From the NCBI RefSeq assembly GCF_004010195.1, contig NC_057711.1, forward strand, positions 83,050,659 through 83,114,658: a DNA stretch of 64,000 nucleotides, written 5' to 3'. Positions 38,600 to 50,769 of the stretch are shown piece after piece. The first letter of the stretch is position 1; every line of letters begins with the position of its first letter. Under the pieces are notes generated by a model that was not told the DNA's origin, made no database searches, and saw nothing but the letters and a program-made list of their open reading frames with translations. The translations under genes were made by a program, and so were the position numbers. Source of the stretch: Chiloscyllium plagiosum. Its lineage: Eukaryota.

Positions 38600-38925
38600 C
38601 TATTGTAATTTTGAAGTTAAGTGGGGATTCTGTTGGTCTTCTGTCCAGCAACCAACCGGATTCATTCCTCCTATCAATCTACCAGATTGTACCCACCACC
38701 TGTATTCACCTATCACTACCTCACCTCTCTGTGCCTCTCTCCACACATAACTCATAACCTTCCTCTCTTTATCTGCAGGTCCCCCTACCCCAACTCCCAT
38801 TGCTGAAGAAAGGTTATGCACGAAACGTTGACTTCTCCATCTCTTGATGCTGCCTGGCTTGCTGTGTTCTTCCAACCTCCTGCTTGTCTACTTTGCATTC
38901 CAGCATCTGCAATTTTTTTGTCTCT
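38600..38925 (+). mobile_element. PLE 3' end with degenerate hammerhead (about 38803-38832)
   Basis: ctgaagaaaggttatgcacgaaacgttgac followed by the gatgctgcctg...ccagcatctgca tail. Confidence 0.65.
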
Positions 38926-39019
38926 TATTTCTACAGGCTTAAATTTGGCTGAATACAGGTTCTCCTGTCTCCCTCTTATTTGGGGTTCTCTAATATACTC
39001 CTAGTAGTGTGACTGCCAC

Positions 39020-40075
39020 TTTTTCTATTCCTAAGCTGAACCCATAAAGCCTCATTTGTTAATTTGATCAATATCTCATCCCTTCTCAAAACTAATTGAT
39101 TATTTAACTAATATGCTATATCCTGTCTGAAAACTCTATATCTAGGGATATGGAGCTGCTAATTTTGACCCTCTTTTAGCCAAGTTTCTGTTCTACCTCC
39201 CATTCCCTGATCTGAATCTGACCCATCTAAGTCCATACTTTGGTTCCCATTCCCCTGTTATACTAGTTTAAAATTTCACCAACAGAACTAGCATAGGTCC
39301 CCGTGAGGATATTTGTCCCAGCTCAGCCCAAAGGCAACCTGTCAGGCTTGTTCATGACCCACCTTCTTCAGAAATGCCTCAAGAATCTAAATTCCCCCTG
39401 GTGCACCACTTCCCCTGCCATGTACTGGGAGTAATCTTCAGATTATTATATTTGAGATCCTACATTTTAATTTATCTCCTAACTGCCTATATTTATTTTT
39501 CAGATCCTCATCCCTTTGTTAACTTATGTCATTGGTAACAGTGTGTACCATGACCATTGGCTGTTCTCCCTCCTGCTCCAGAATGTCCTGCAGCTGCTCC
39601 TTGACATTCCCGAGCCTGGCATCAGAGAGGCAACATACCATCTTGGATTCATGCCTGCAGCCACAGTAACATCTGTCTGTATCCCTTACTATTGAATTCC
39701 TTGTCACCATAGCCCTACCACTCGTTTTCCTCCCCTTCTGTGCAGCAGAGCCACCCATGGTGCTATTAACTTGGCTGCTGCTGCTTTCCCCTGAGAGGCC
39801 TTCCCCCCCCCAACAGTATCCAAAATGGTATATGTGTTTGAGAGGGGGGTGACCACAGTGGACTCTTGCACTTCCTTCCTGAGTCTTTACTTTGTCTGAA
39901 GGTCACCCATTCCCTTTCTGCCTGCATAATCCTCAGTGGCGGTGTGACCACCTTGCTAAATATGCTATCCATGACATTCTCAGCATTATGGATGCTCCAC
40001 AGTGGGTCCACCGCAGCTCCAATTCTGAAAAACATTGGCCAATAGCTCTAGCTGGATACATTTCTTGCACACATG
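39020..40075 (-). mobile_element. CR1 ORF1 and start of ORF2, decayed
   Basis: NSIVRDTDRCYCG...MVCCLSDARL..V...EGEQPMVMVHTVTNDI. Confidence 0.75.
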
Positions 40076-40601
40076 GCTATTGCACAAGGTGGGACATGTC
40101 AGAGATGGTAGAAGCATTCCTTATTTCGCACTACACTACGATCATGACCTCACTAGGTTAAGCTAGTTTCTCTCTTTATGGGAATTCAATTAAGCTTGCA
40201 ACTTTACTTCATTTCAAACACTTCTGTTATAAACAAAAGTTCCTACCTTTATTTAAACAAATATATTACACTTTAAAAAACTATAAGAAAATACTTTTCA
40301 GCTATTATTTACCAATTGGCTGTTCCCACTGGAACCATTCCACTTTCTGAACTGTGCAGAATGAGACTGAGCTTCGTACTCAGTCTTTCAGCCTCACCTG
40401 CTCCCTGTTTCTCCCAACTTCCTGTTTTCACCAAACTCCAAAGCACTGAGTGCAGCAAGCATCACTGAGGTTACCTCCTTGTAATAAGCCCCAAAACGCC
40501 AATGTTTCTGAACTGAATCAAGCAATCGTTTAGTTAACCCACTTCACTTGAGAGTGACTCAGTTGACTCCTGTTTAAGAAATGTAATAAAACTATACCCA
40601 G

Positions 40602-40788
40602 GCAGAAATGGGTACTGCAGATTAGAGTCAAAATTAGACTGGTGCTGGAAAAGCATAGCAGGTCAGGCAGCATCCAAGGAGCAGGAAAATCAGGAAAGGC
40701 TGATGAAGGGCTTTTGCCTGAAACATCGATTTTCCTGCTCCTTGGATGCTGCCTGACCTGTTGTGCTTTTCCAGCACCACTCTAATCT
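40602..40788. mobile_element. Fold-back hammerhead mini-element, 15-bp TSD
   Basis: TSD taaaacta(t/c)acccag at 40587-40601 and 40789-40803. Core ctgatgaagggcttttgcctgaaacatc at 40700, between inverted arms. Confidence 0.85.
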
Positions 40789-40984
40789 TAAAACTACACC
40801 CAGTCAAACAGAGCAACTTTTACTTAATAGATTAAAGAATTAATCTATCTTGAAAATTATCCTGAAATTAAGATTAATTACCACTTACTCCTTGCACCTT
40901 ACGCTACAAAACTCCCTGTTTCTAACCAACTCCAAAACATTATTGTTTAGTCAAGCAGCACTCAGTTACAGCTTAGACTCTGAG

Positions 40985-41535
40985 CAGGAAGGTTATACCA
41001 GAGCAGTACAAAATCTTGGTTGGCCCACAGATGGACTATTATGTCCTGGCCACCACACTGATAGCACTGGATGGGTCGCAGAGGAGATTCACCAGAATGC
41101 TGGCTGGGTTGAAGCATTCTAGTGACGAAGAGAGGCTGGATAAGCTTGGGTTGTTTTCTTTAGAGCAAGGAAGGCTGAAGGAAAACCTGATTGAGGTGTG
41201 TAAGATTGAGGGGCAAAGTCAGGGTGGACAGAAAACAAGTGTTCCTCTTCATTGATGTGTTGATAAAAAAGGGGTATAATATTAAGGTGAAAGGCAAGAG
41301 GTTTAGATGGAATTTGAGGATCTTTCTTCATTCATAGAGTGGTGGGTATCTGGAATGTGCTCCCTAGGTGAATAGTTAAGCAGAAAAACCTCATAACTTT
41401 TAAAAAGTATGTGGATGAGCACTTGAAATGAAGGAACATTCAAGCCAAGTGCTGGAAAGCGTGGAATTAGCATAGTTTAGTCAATGCAGGATTGATAGGC
41501 CAAAGGTACTTTTCTGAACTGTATGATTCTATGAT
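40985..41535 (+). mobile_element. CR1 3' fragment
   Basis: QRRFTRMLAGL...EERLDKLGLFSLEQGRL..NLIEV.KI; tail tatgattctatga. Confidence 0.8.
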
Positions 41536-41589
41536 CCTAACTTGGGAACCTTGTCTGGGAGTGTGAGAGGAGTTAAGATTGGAGGGGCT

Positions 41590-42815
41590 TGTCCTCACTT
41601 TGAACAAATTCTCCTTTAATTTCTTTCACCTTCTCCAAGTAAAAAGTGTGACCATAGGTACCCACATGTGCCCCAGTTATACCTGTCTCTTTGTGGAGAA
41701 TGTGGAACATTTATTGTTCTAATTCTACTCTGGTCCTTCTCCACAACTCTTTCCTTGGTATATCAATGACATAATTAGTGCTGCTTCACTTTCTTGTCCA
41801 GAATTGGAAAAATTTATCAATTTTGCTTCCAATTTTCATAATTCTCTCACTTTTTCCTGGTTCATCTCTTCCCTTCCCTTTTTGACATCTCTGATTTCAC
41901 TTCTAAGGATAGGCTGACTACTAATATCCATTACTACCGAAACCCACAGTTACCTGGACCATACAATCTCACAGCCTGCCTCCAGTGAGGACTGAATTCT
42001 ATCCTCCCAGTTTTTGTGTTTCAGTTACATCTTTTCTGATACCACAACAAGATCAGACATGCCCACCTTTTCCTTAACAAAGAATTCCACTGTTGTTGAC
42101 AGGTTCTTCATCGATGACTGATCCATTTCCTGCACTTATACCCTCACCCCTTCTGTGCCCTCCCAAAAAATATGATAAAATCCCCCGTCCTCACTTTTCA
42201 CCCTACCCACCTCTGCATCTGAATGATCACAAGCTGCCATTACTGCCACCACCAGATACACACTGAAGGGATTCTGTAGGGATTCTATATATGTCTGGGA
42301 CTTTGAATAGCGAGGTGCGTGAAAGTAAATGGATAAGTGATGCTCCTTCTGAGATTGAATGGAAAAGTGCCATGGGAGTGTGGGGATGTGTTGGGAATGG
42401 ATTAGGGTGTCCCAGAGAAAACAGTTCCTGGAGAATACTGACAAGGGAGTGGAGGGGAATGTAGGCAAAGAAATTGCTGATGATAAGTCAGTAGAGAGTC
42501 CCAACACAGCCAAGCATTTTCATCTTCCCATTAGCACCCATTCAGCATACATCTCTCCTGACTTATCATCAGCAAGCCCTTTGCCTACCTTTCCCTTTCC
42601 CACTGTTTCTCTGTGTGCCATTACCATCTATTTGATTCACACTCACTCTTGTAATCTGTATAAGTAGCATCATTTCTCAGCTGCTTTCAGTTCTGACGAG
42701 GATTCACAGTCCGCGAAACACCACCTCAGATTTTGTCTCTACAGATGCTGCCAGACATATTGAGTTTCTCCAGCACTTTCAGTTTATAATTCAGATTTCC
42801 AACATCTGCAGTTTT
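41590..42815 (+). mobile_element. Decayed PLE reverse transcriptase to 3' end, with internal inversion and degenerate hammerhead (about 42693)
   Basis: GTHMCPSYTCLFV (PLE AMGT.M.PSYA.LF) and WYINDII (RYIDD); ctgacgaggattcacagtccgcgaaac near the end. Confidence 0.7.
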
Positions 42816-44519
42816 TAAATTTAATTTTACACTAGAAGAGACAACTAGTTGGAGAAGTGCTGAATGGAAGGATCACAAAGCAAGAGAGGTGATGAGAAGG
42901 AAGGTTGTGAGCAGGATGGTTAGTATGCAGTCAGGTGAGAAAGTTAAAGAGGGAACGAGTGAGAGACAGCAAGTGGGAGATGGCAGTCGGTAGGAGGTAG
43001 GTTTGTATATTTCTTCATATATTTACATTTATTTTCTTTTAAAACTTTATTTCATTTACAAATATCAGAATTTAGGAATATAAAGTATTTCAGTTTATAG
43101 AGTATAACATTTTAATTTTTTTTAAGATAAAGATTTGACAGAAATTAACTGCAGATTTTAGCTGCAATGGGGATATCTGATTCATTCAATATTCATTTAA
43201 TTTAAAATTGCACATCTCAAAAATGCAACTATAATGATAATTAAGTAATTACTGTAAGGTGGGGACAACAATTTCACGATGGTCAATATTTGGGTCGACT
43301 TAACTTTGCAGATCCCTAAATTAAATCCCTGCATTAAAAAAAAATATATATTTCAATTCAATATCTACTAATGACATGTGAAGGTGTCAAAACATTTTGC
43401 ACTTACCTGTCAAAATGCTCAAGATTGACAACATTATCCTTTTGTTATCTTCCTGCTTACCAGGTTCTTAGTCAGATATTCAGATCTTTAGATTTATAGG
43501 CACAAGGAAGTCAACTAAAAAAACCTAAGGTAACAACGATGAAAGTGTTATCCTTGAATTTGGTGCATTTACCATAAAACATTAGTCCATTTAGTTTCAG
43601 CTGTACTATTTCAATGCCAGTTAAAAGAGTAGACTGTACTGCCAACTTCATAAAGCTCTTGATTGCAACTGCTACTTAAGAAGGCATTATAGCCATGCAT
43701 AATATTTTCATTATTCCATTTATATCGCATTAAATTTTGAACAGATGCAATCTTACTTTTCAGTGAACAAGTTACTTATATATAGCACAGCGATTTAGTA
43801 TGAACTTCCAACCTGTGGCCCCAGTGTAACTTTTCTCATTACAAATAAATCAATTATGCATGGCCACATATATAAAAAAATCTATAGATAGAAGAAGACA
43901 TTTGTTTCAACAGCATTGCCTGGGATAATTTAAATTGAGTCTGCATTCCTGACAGTAGGTCCTGGGAAGTGATTGCTGTGATCCTGCACAGTTGATCATG
44001 TCAAACTTTATTTTTCCCTGTGAGAATGTCTCTTGTTTCAAAGACAAGATTAATGAAAATGAGGAAAACAGAAGAATGAAGATTAAAGTGAAGCTCTACC
44101 AATGGTATCTCTCGTTCAGTTGTGGGGCACTTTTTTGCCATTCCTATGTTTTCTCATCTGACTGATGAATGAACTTTCTATTCTTTCTCATCCATTCTCA
44201 ACTCCACAACCCTTCCCCCAAAATGAACTTTTCAATTTATCATATTTTGTATGAACCTTACTAAGCAACATGTTTGCGCAGTCAACTATGACAGAACAGT
44301 TGTGTTCCCAATAGCTTTAACTGTGGTCATATGGTTATGAGTATCTTATCAGGTCCCTTTCAATTTCCCCAATTTAAAGATCTTCCATACCATTAACATT
44401 CAGTAAGAACTTTCATTACATAGTGACATGTGGCTCCTTAACTAAAAACATGTTGGTCCTCATTCAGTGCCTGGAAGTGAGTAATTGTAAAGAAATTAAG
44501 TGCAGTGGCTACTCTTTTG

Positions 44520-44885
44520 GAAGGTTGTTTCCCCATGTGAGGTAGACTCGGACTAGAGGGCATAGTCTTAGAATAAGAGGGCTTTTGCCCGAAACGTCGA
44601 TTTCGAAGCTCCCTGGATGCTGCCTGAATTGCTGTGCTCTTCCAGCACCACTAATCCAGAATCTGCAGTCATTGTTTTTACCTCTTAGAATAAGAGTGTG
44701 TTAATTTAAGACAGAGATGAGAAAGAATTTCTTCTGTCAGAAAGTAGCAAATCTATGGAATTTTTGAGGTTAAGGCATTAGATAAATTCAAGGCTGTAAT
44801 AGACAGATTTTTAATCAGTAGTGGAATCAACAGCAATGGGGAAAATGCATGAAAGTGAAGTTGAGAATTATCAGATCAGCCATTA
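44520..44885 (+). mobile_element. CR1 3' fragment interrupted at 44580-44682
   Basis: ggactagagggcatagtcttagaataagag...gaatttcttctgtcagaaagtagc..ctatggaatt resembles 57845-58085. Confidence 0.7.
44580..44682 (+). mobile_element. Mini-element beginning at hammerhead helix II, 14-bp TSD
   Basis: Perfect TSD tcttagaataagag at 44566-44579 and 44683-44696; insert starts gggcttttgcccgaaacgtcga. Confidence 0.88.
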
Positions 44886-45104
44886 GCAGCCAGAGGGCAA
44901 AGTCAAATATAGTTTCCAGTTAGGGATTCTTTAGAACTTTGTCCATTGTATATGAAAATTAAATATACTATACATAGTAACCTAAGATATAGCATGCTCT
45001 AATCTTTAGATTTACATTATGAAGGACAATTCTATACATGTGTTTCTTTAAGTTAATTAAGTTCAAGCTCTCATATTAAAACCATCTGCATTGTGCTATC
45101 TATG

Positions 45105-45198
45105 TCAAGTTTAGAGTGGTGCTGGAAAAGCACAGCAGGTCAGGCAGCATCTGAGGAGCAGGAAAATCGACGTTTCGGGCAAAAGCCCTTCATCAGGA
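45105..45198 (-). mobile_element. Hammerhead mini-element, 15-bp TSD
   Basis: TSD attgtg(c/t)tatctatg at 45090-45104 and 45199-45213. Confidence 0.88.
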
Positions 45199-45200
45199 AT
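45165..45200 (-). ncRNA. Minimal hammerhead ribozyme motif with intact core
   Basis: Minus strand: attc-CTGATGA-a-GGGC-tttt-GCCC-GAAAC-GTC-gatt. Confidence 0.78.
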
Positions 45201-46799
45201 TGTGTTATCTATGCCCAGTGGGGAGCCATTCCATGGCATCATCCCTAGGTTGCTCCAGGGTGCTAAAATCCTTAGATAATACACTTCTCCAAGCTTTTCT
45301 CCCCTGCTTCATAAAAAAGGTTAATGTTTATATACATTCTCAAATGAGTTAGTTGAAGGAAAATTTGGAATCTCTTTAAATTATCTTCTCTTTATTTTAA
45401 CTGAATGGAAATACCACCAATGCATGATATATTTCAATTTAACATCTGTATTTTATATTGAATACGCATGACAATAAACAATTCAATCAATGTTTACTGT
45501 GTATTTTGTATACTTTTCCCTCCCACCTCTGACAAGTCTTTGACATGATTAATCTGTGTCGACATTTGTAACAGGAAAGTTTATGACAAGGTAGAGAAAT
45601 ACTTGAGGTAAAGTTGGTGTGCACTGTTTTTCTCTGCAGGCTTCCATTAGATCAGGGAGTTAATTGATTTGATGGCCTCAAAGTAGCCAAAACAAAGGAT
45701 CAGACAAAGTTAGTGGTGCTTTATGGCACACTGACCATTGAGCAGCCGGTTCCTGCGTTAGGGAGAGTAGACCAGAACAGTGTGTCAAGGTGATGGTAGT
45801 TGCGATGAACAACACATTTGGTTGTATTGAAAGTTAATATCGGTGCTGTCCAGAGGGTTTCTTTCTGATACTACCCATTCCATGGAGGCTCTTTATCCTG
45901 ATCGGTTGTTCATTTTCCAAAATTGGCAATAATTAATGCATTATTTATTCTTTATTATTTAACATTTTAAGATTTATTATCTGTACCTGCCTATTCAGGA
46001 GTTGCCGTTTCTTCATGGAAGAGATCTAAATTGCTCTGTTCTTGTCTTTTGGAATCAGTTTGCTTGGAAATATTGGAAGTTAAGTGCTTAATATGGATCG
46101 TATTAACAGTTCTGATGGGGACAACCTTAATGAGAGCGAGACGGACCAGAAATGAGCAGGGTAAAAAGAAAATCTGGATTTTCCTCAACAAAGTTTTTAC
46201 TGTCTAAGAAGCTCAGTCTGTCTCTCCATTGGACTGAGGGTATTTAGGTGACTGTGATATGTTAAAAGTCCAGTATCTTTGCAAATTCTTCAACCATCTC
46301 ACTTGCAAACTGTGGGCTGTTGTCAGAAGCAATGACATTCAGAATGCTTTGGGAGACAAACTTCTCACAACTATTTCAGTGGTTTTAATGTCAGCTTTTT
46401 AATTTTGAACTATTTCCAGTAGTAATCAACCACAGTGAGGTGAGAATAAATGTCCAAGTAAGCCCAGGGTCCATCTGGCAACTTTATAGTAAAGAGAGCT
46501 TCTTTCCATTCATTATGTGAATGCACATGAATTATAATTAACAACAAAATGCACAAAAATAATTTTGAGACCACTGGTCATAAAACTCCCTAGTGTTCTT
46601 GCTCTGCATATGTTTAGGCCTAAATATCCTTGATAAATCCTTTGTAGAATGTTATTTTGCAGTGAATAGGAAATTACATTTGCTCGTCAAAGACGAATAT
46701 ATCCTTGATGACAGAGGAGCCTTGGATGTAATTCTAGCAAAAACTGATGCACTCAGCACCCTTCTTTTATGATGATGTGAAGTTTACATCACAAAACTG

Positions 46800-47480
46800 G
46801 CCACCAAATAACTTCCCTGGATGTATTTCCTGGAATATCCTCCTCAGTACAGCTGTAATGCTATCCCTTATCAAAATCACCTTTCCCCCTCCTCTCTTGC
46901 CTCCCTTTCTGTCCTTCGTGTAGCATTTGCATCCTGGAACATTAAGCTGCCAGTCCTGTCCATCCCTAAGTCATGATTGCTATGATATCCCAGTCCCATG
47001 TTCCTAACAATGCCCTGAGTTCATCTGCCTTCCCTGTTAGGCCTCTTGCATTGAAATAAGTGCAATTTAATTTATCAGTCCTACCTTGTTCCTGCTTTGT
47101 CCTTGCCCGCCCTGGCAGTTTTACTTACTTCTTTTCCAATTTAGGTGCAATCCGTCCTTCTTGTACAGCTCACTTCTACCCCAAAACAGCTTCCAATGAT
47201 CCAAAAATGTGAATCCTTCTCCCATACACTAGCTCCTCAACCATGCATTCATCTGCTCTATCCTCCTATTCCTGCCCTCACTAGCTCCAAGCACTGGGAG
47301 TAATCCAGATATTACTACTCTCGAGGACCTCCTTTTTAAATTACTGCCAAACTGTCTGTAATCTCCCTTCAGAATCTCAACTTTTTCCCTTCCAATGTCT
47401 TTGGTTTCAATGTATGTAATGACCTCCTGTTGGCCCCTCTCCCCCCTTGAGAACATTCTGCACCCTCTCTGAGATGTCAT
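46800..47480 (-). mobile_element. CR1 ORF1 end and ORF2 start
   Basis: GERGQQEVI..I.TKDIG...RVVISGLLPV..ASEGRNRRIEQMNAWL; reverse complement matches 61960-62750. Confidence 0.82.
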
Positions 47481-47566
47481 CAACCTGCTGTTATTGTGTG
47501 TCCCAATTCACAATGTGCCTTCTTTAAGTAAGGAATTCTGTAATACAAGGTGTGGTAAAAATTTAG

Positions 47567-47683
47567 GGTCATGAGTGTGGTGCTGGAAAATCACAGCAGG
47601 TCAGGCAGCATCCAAGGAGCAGGAGAATCGATGTTTTGGGCAGAAGCCCTTCTCCAGAATCTGCAGTTCTCACTTTCTCCCCA
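47567..47683 (-). mobile_element. Hammerhead-remnant mini-element with short inverted tail, 14-bp TSD
   Basis: TSD tggtaaaaat(t/g)tag at 47553-47566 and 47684-47697; minus gaagggcttctgcccaaaacatcga. Confidence 0.8.
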
Positions 47684-47699
47684 TGGTAAAAATGTAGCC

Positions 47700-49370
47700 A
47701 ATTGATTTACCTTATCCAGAAATCATTGTAGATTGTGCATCAACTTTAGAGTCAGGAAGTCCTTGACCACTTTAATTTTCTTGGGATCAGTTTCTATCCC
47801 ATCATTGCTGATGGTGTGACCTTGAAAACAAGTGGAATCTCTTCAAAATTCATGTTTGTCGTTCACTGTAAATCAGGTGCTTGTAAATGTTTCAGAACAT
47901 TATGTAATCTCTTTACCCAAAGCAGGACAATGCCTTCTAATTTTAATTGTTCCTACTTGAACTTCTGAGTTTTGTGCATGGTAGGTTTGAACCAGAGTAG
48001 GAAGTGAGGTCTGCAGATGCTGGAGATCAGAGCTGAAAATGTGTTGCTGGAAAAGCGCAGCAGGTCAGGCAGCATCCAGGGAACAGGAGAATCCAGTAGA
48101 AATCATATGGCATGTGATGGTGTGTATGAGAAGTTTCTCAGCTGCTGTGCAGCCATGAAGCTTACAGGGATCATTAGAGCTAGGTAGTATTAGTCTGTAT
48201 TAGAATATTATGCATTTGGCATATGCCACTATCTAATCCCTGCAAAATGTTGGACATAGTGCATTGGTAAATCTCCAGTGCAGTAGTAATATCAAAGGGG
48301 AATCTACTGGAACAATATTAACTCAACTGAATGATGATGTTGGTGAGGAGTTGAGACGTCTCATCAGAGGGACCTGACAACGTCCGCTATTTGTACCTAG
48401 ATTTGTTATTATTCTCCTGCTGCAAAGCTAGACAAAATGTCATCATTTGTAGATACCAGATGAGTTTCTGTAACATCTGTTTATTACATTGTGAGATCCA
48501 GACAAGTTTGTGTTGAACCATTCGTCTTGGGAGCTATGACCATACCTGAGCCTCACTTAGTTTAGTCATGAGTGAGATTGCTCCATATTGACCATGTCAT
48601 TCAATTGCTTATTTTGTTTCTCTGTAAAGGACCTTCCTTAATGGAAAGAGCACCTATTGAATTGGTGTCAGCTTTCAAAGTAACTTTATATGACATTCCA
48701 GGTTTTCTTACTCCCATAACCTTTTAGGTTACTGGTGCTAAAAATTGCTTTTGGCAACATTTGAGAGTTCTTGAGCTCTACGTTGAGGGTTGAGGGAAAA
48801 ACACACCGTCCTCCACAATAGGGAAGATTGCTGGTGACTGATGATGTATGTTTTCTCCTTGTATGTGTAATCTTTCAATGTCAGTACAGCATGCAACAAC
48901 TCTTTAATTATAGGTATGGTACCTTTGGCTGCACACAGCTTTAAATTAAAGTTGCAGTGTGTTCACTTCAGCCAACCATGGGTATTAACCAATGATAACT
49001 ATGCCATCGACACCGGTACCTTACCTAAATTTACTTGGATAACAACTTACATGGATGACTCCTGGTCAATCAATATTAGGCATCTGTTCAATTTCTCCTA
49101 GGGAAGGAATAGTATTGATTTTCCATAGGAAGTTGTTTCTTATGTGAAGAAAGTTGTTGCATTGCATATCAACCAGTTCTTCAAGGCTCTATTTGTAGAC
49201 ATGAATATCCATATCAGCTTGTTAAGGATTTGGTTTGATGCTTGGTGTGTTGTTTAGACTATAGCACCTCTTTTTTTAAAATGTAGGGTTGGATAGTTTT
49301 GTCTCACCACACCTGTGACATCAGGCTGCAGCATTAGAGTGTTCAGATTTTCCATGGAAATTGTTATTCA
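47700..49370 (-). mobile_element. Decayed Gypsy pol relic
   Basis: Minus RFPFDITTALEIYQCTMSNILQG resembles RT RLPFGI.SAPE.FQR.M..IL.G; integrase-like remnants to the left. Confidence 0.55.
48001..48092 (-). mobile_element. PLE-derived mini-element truncated before the hammerhead core
   Basis: Reverse complement closely matches 326-385 (ttctcctgttc..tggatgctgcctgacctgc.gcgcttttccagcaacacatttt). Confidence 0.75.
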
Positions 49371-49451
49371 TGGTATGTTTTTCAAATGAGAGGTCTGCAT
49401 CCCTTTAGTGAAAGCTTAAAATTCTCTCTGGAATATTTACTAACTTGCATT

Positions 49452-50075
49452 TATAGTCATACAGCATGGAAACAGTCCAACTTGTCCATGTTGGCCAAGT
49501 TTCCCAAGCTAAACTATTCCTATTTGCTACATTTAGCCCATATCCCTGGATACCTTTCCTATTCATGTACTTTTCCAAATATCTTTTAAATGTTGTAACT
49601 GTACCTGCATCTACCACTTTCTCTGGAAATTCATTCCATATATGCACCACCCTCAGTGTAAAAAAAATTGTCCCTCAAGTTTCTTTTATATCTTTCTCTT
49701 CTCACCTTAAAAATATGCCCTTTAGTTTTGAACTCTGCTACTCCAAAGGGAAAATACTATTGGCATTCACTATATCTATGCCCCTCATGATTTTATAAAC
49801 CTGTTATAAAGTCTCTTCACAGCCTCCTAAATTCCAGTGAAAAATGTCCCAGCCTATCCTTCAAACTCAAGCCCTCAAGTCCCAGTAACATCCTTGTAAA
49901 TCTTTTCTGCACCCTCTCCAATTTGATAATATCCTTCCTATAGCAGGGTGACCAGAACTGTACACAGTACTCCAAAAATGGCCTCACCAACGGCCCTGCA
50001 ACTTAACATCCCAAGTCCCATACTCAAAGGTCTGAGTAATAAAGGCAAGCATGTTAAATGCCTCCTTTACCACCT
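49452..50075 (-). mobile_element. CR1 3' fragment
   Basis: VHIWNEFPEKVVDAGTVTTFKRYLEKYMNRK. Confidence 0.85.
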
Positions 50076-50769
50076 CATCAACTTTCTATGTATCCATTGC
50101 TATTTGGACTGCTAATTCATATGGTTGAAGAATTTCGGCAAATGATTTATATAAATACTGTAAAGTCACCATCATCCCACTCTCTCATAAGAGATAGTGA
50201 TCCAACCTTAGGGTCACCACACCACAGTCAAGGGGAGAAGAATCATCAGAAGGAGAATATACTGTGGCAACCTTAGCCAGTTTTAGGAATTGAACATGTG
50301 CTGTTGGCATTACTCTGTTTTGTGAATGCAGCTATCCAGGCAACTGATCTAAACAGCCCTGATTTATATTGGAGACTAATAATGATTCTGTTGCAAATGA
50401 GCTCTTATTGTTAGTTTCCATAGTTGCATGGTTCAAATAGTATAATAGGTCATTAATGAAATTATCTACAGAGTCTCCAGGGATTTGTTTTCTTTTATTG
50501 AAGTGTGATCAAAACCTGCTGTAAGGTTGTTGAATGTAATTTGTTTCTAACCAATCTCTTGATACAAATCATGAACTAATGTCATTCTTATGTAACAGAG
50601 AAGTATGCTGACCTGTTCTATATTTGATTAGGTGTCCAATACTTAAACTGTTTGAAAGCTTAGAAATTCTGTATTCCACATTTGCCAATTTGCTGAGTTA
50701 TCAAATGAATCTAAAAGCTTGATTTTTTTTTCTGGTGGAAGGATTAATACTGGTGAATTTTGTTACATT

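Noticed and set aside
46000..46160. Plus-strand exon candidate (cag|GAGTT...CAGG|gtaaaa) with one open frame
   Set aside because: Weak splice sites, unrecognisable peptide, and no partner exons.
6659..48092. CRISPR-like or regularly spaced repeat array from the recurring gctggaaaagcacagcaggtcaggcagcatc motif
   Set aside because: Copies are dispersed, occur in both orientations, most have individual TSDs, and there are no cas genes; the context is eukaryotic.
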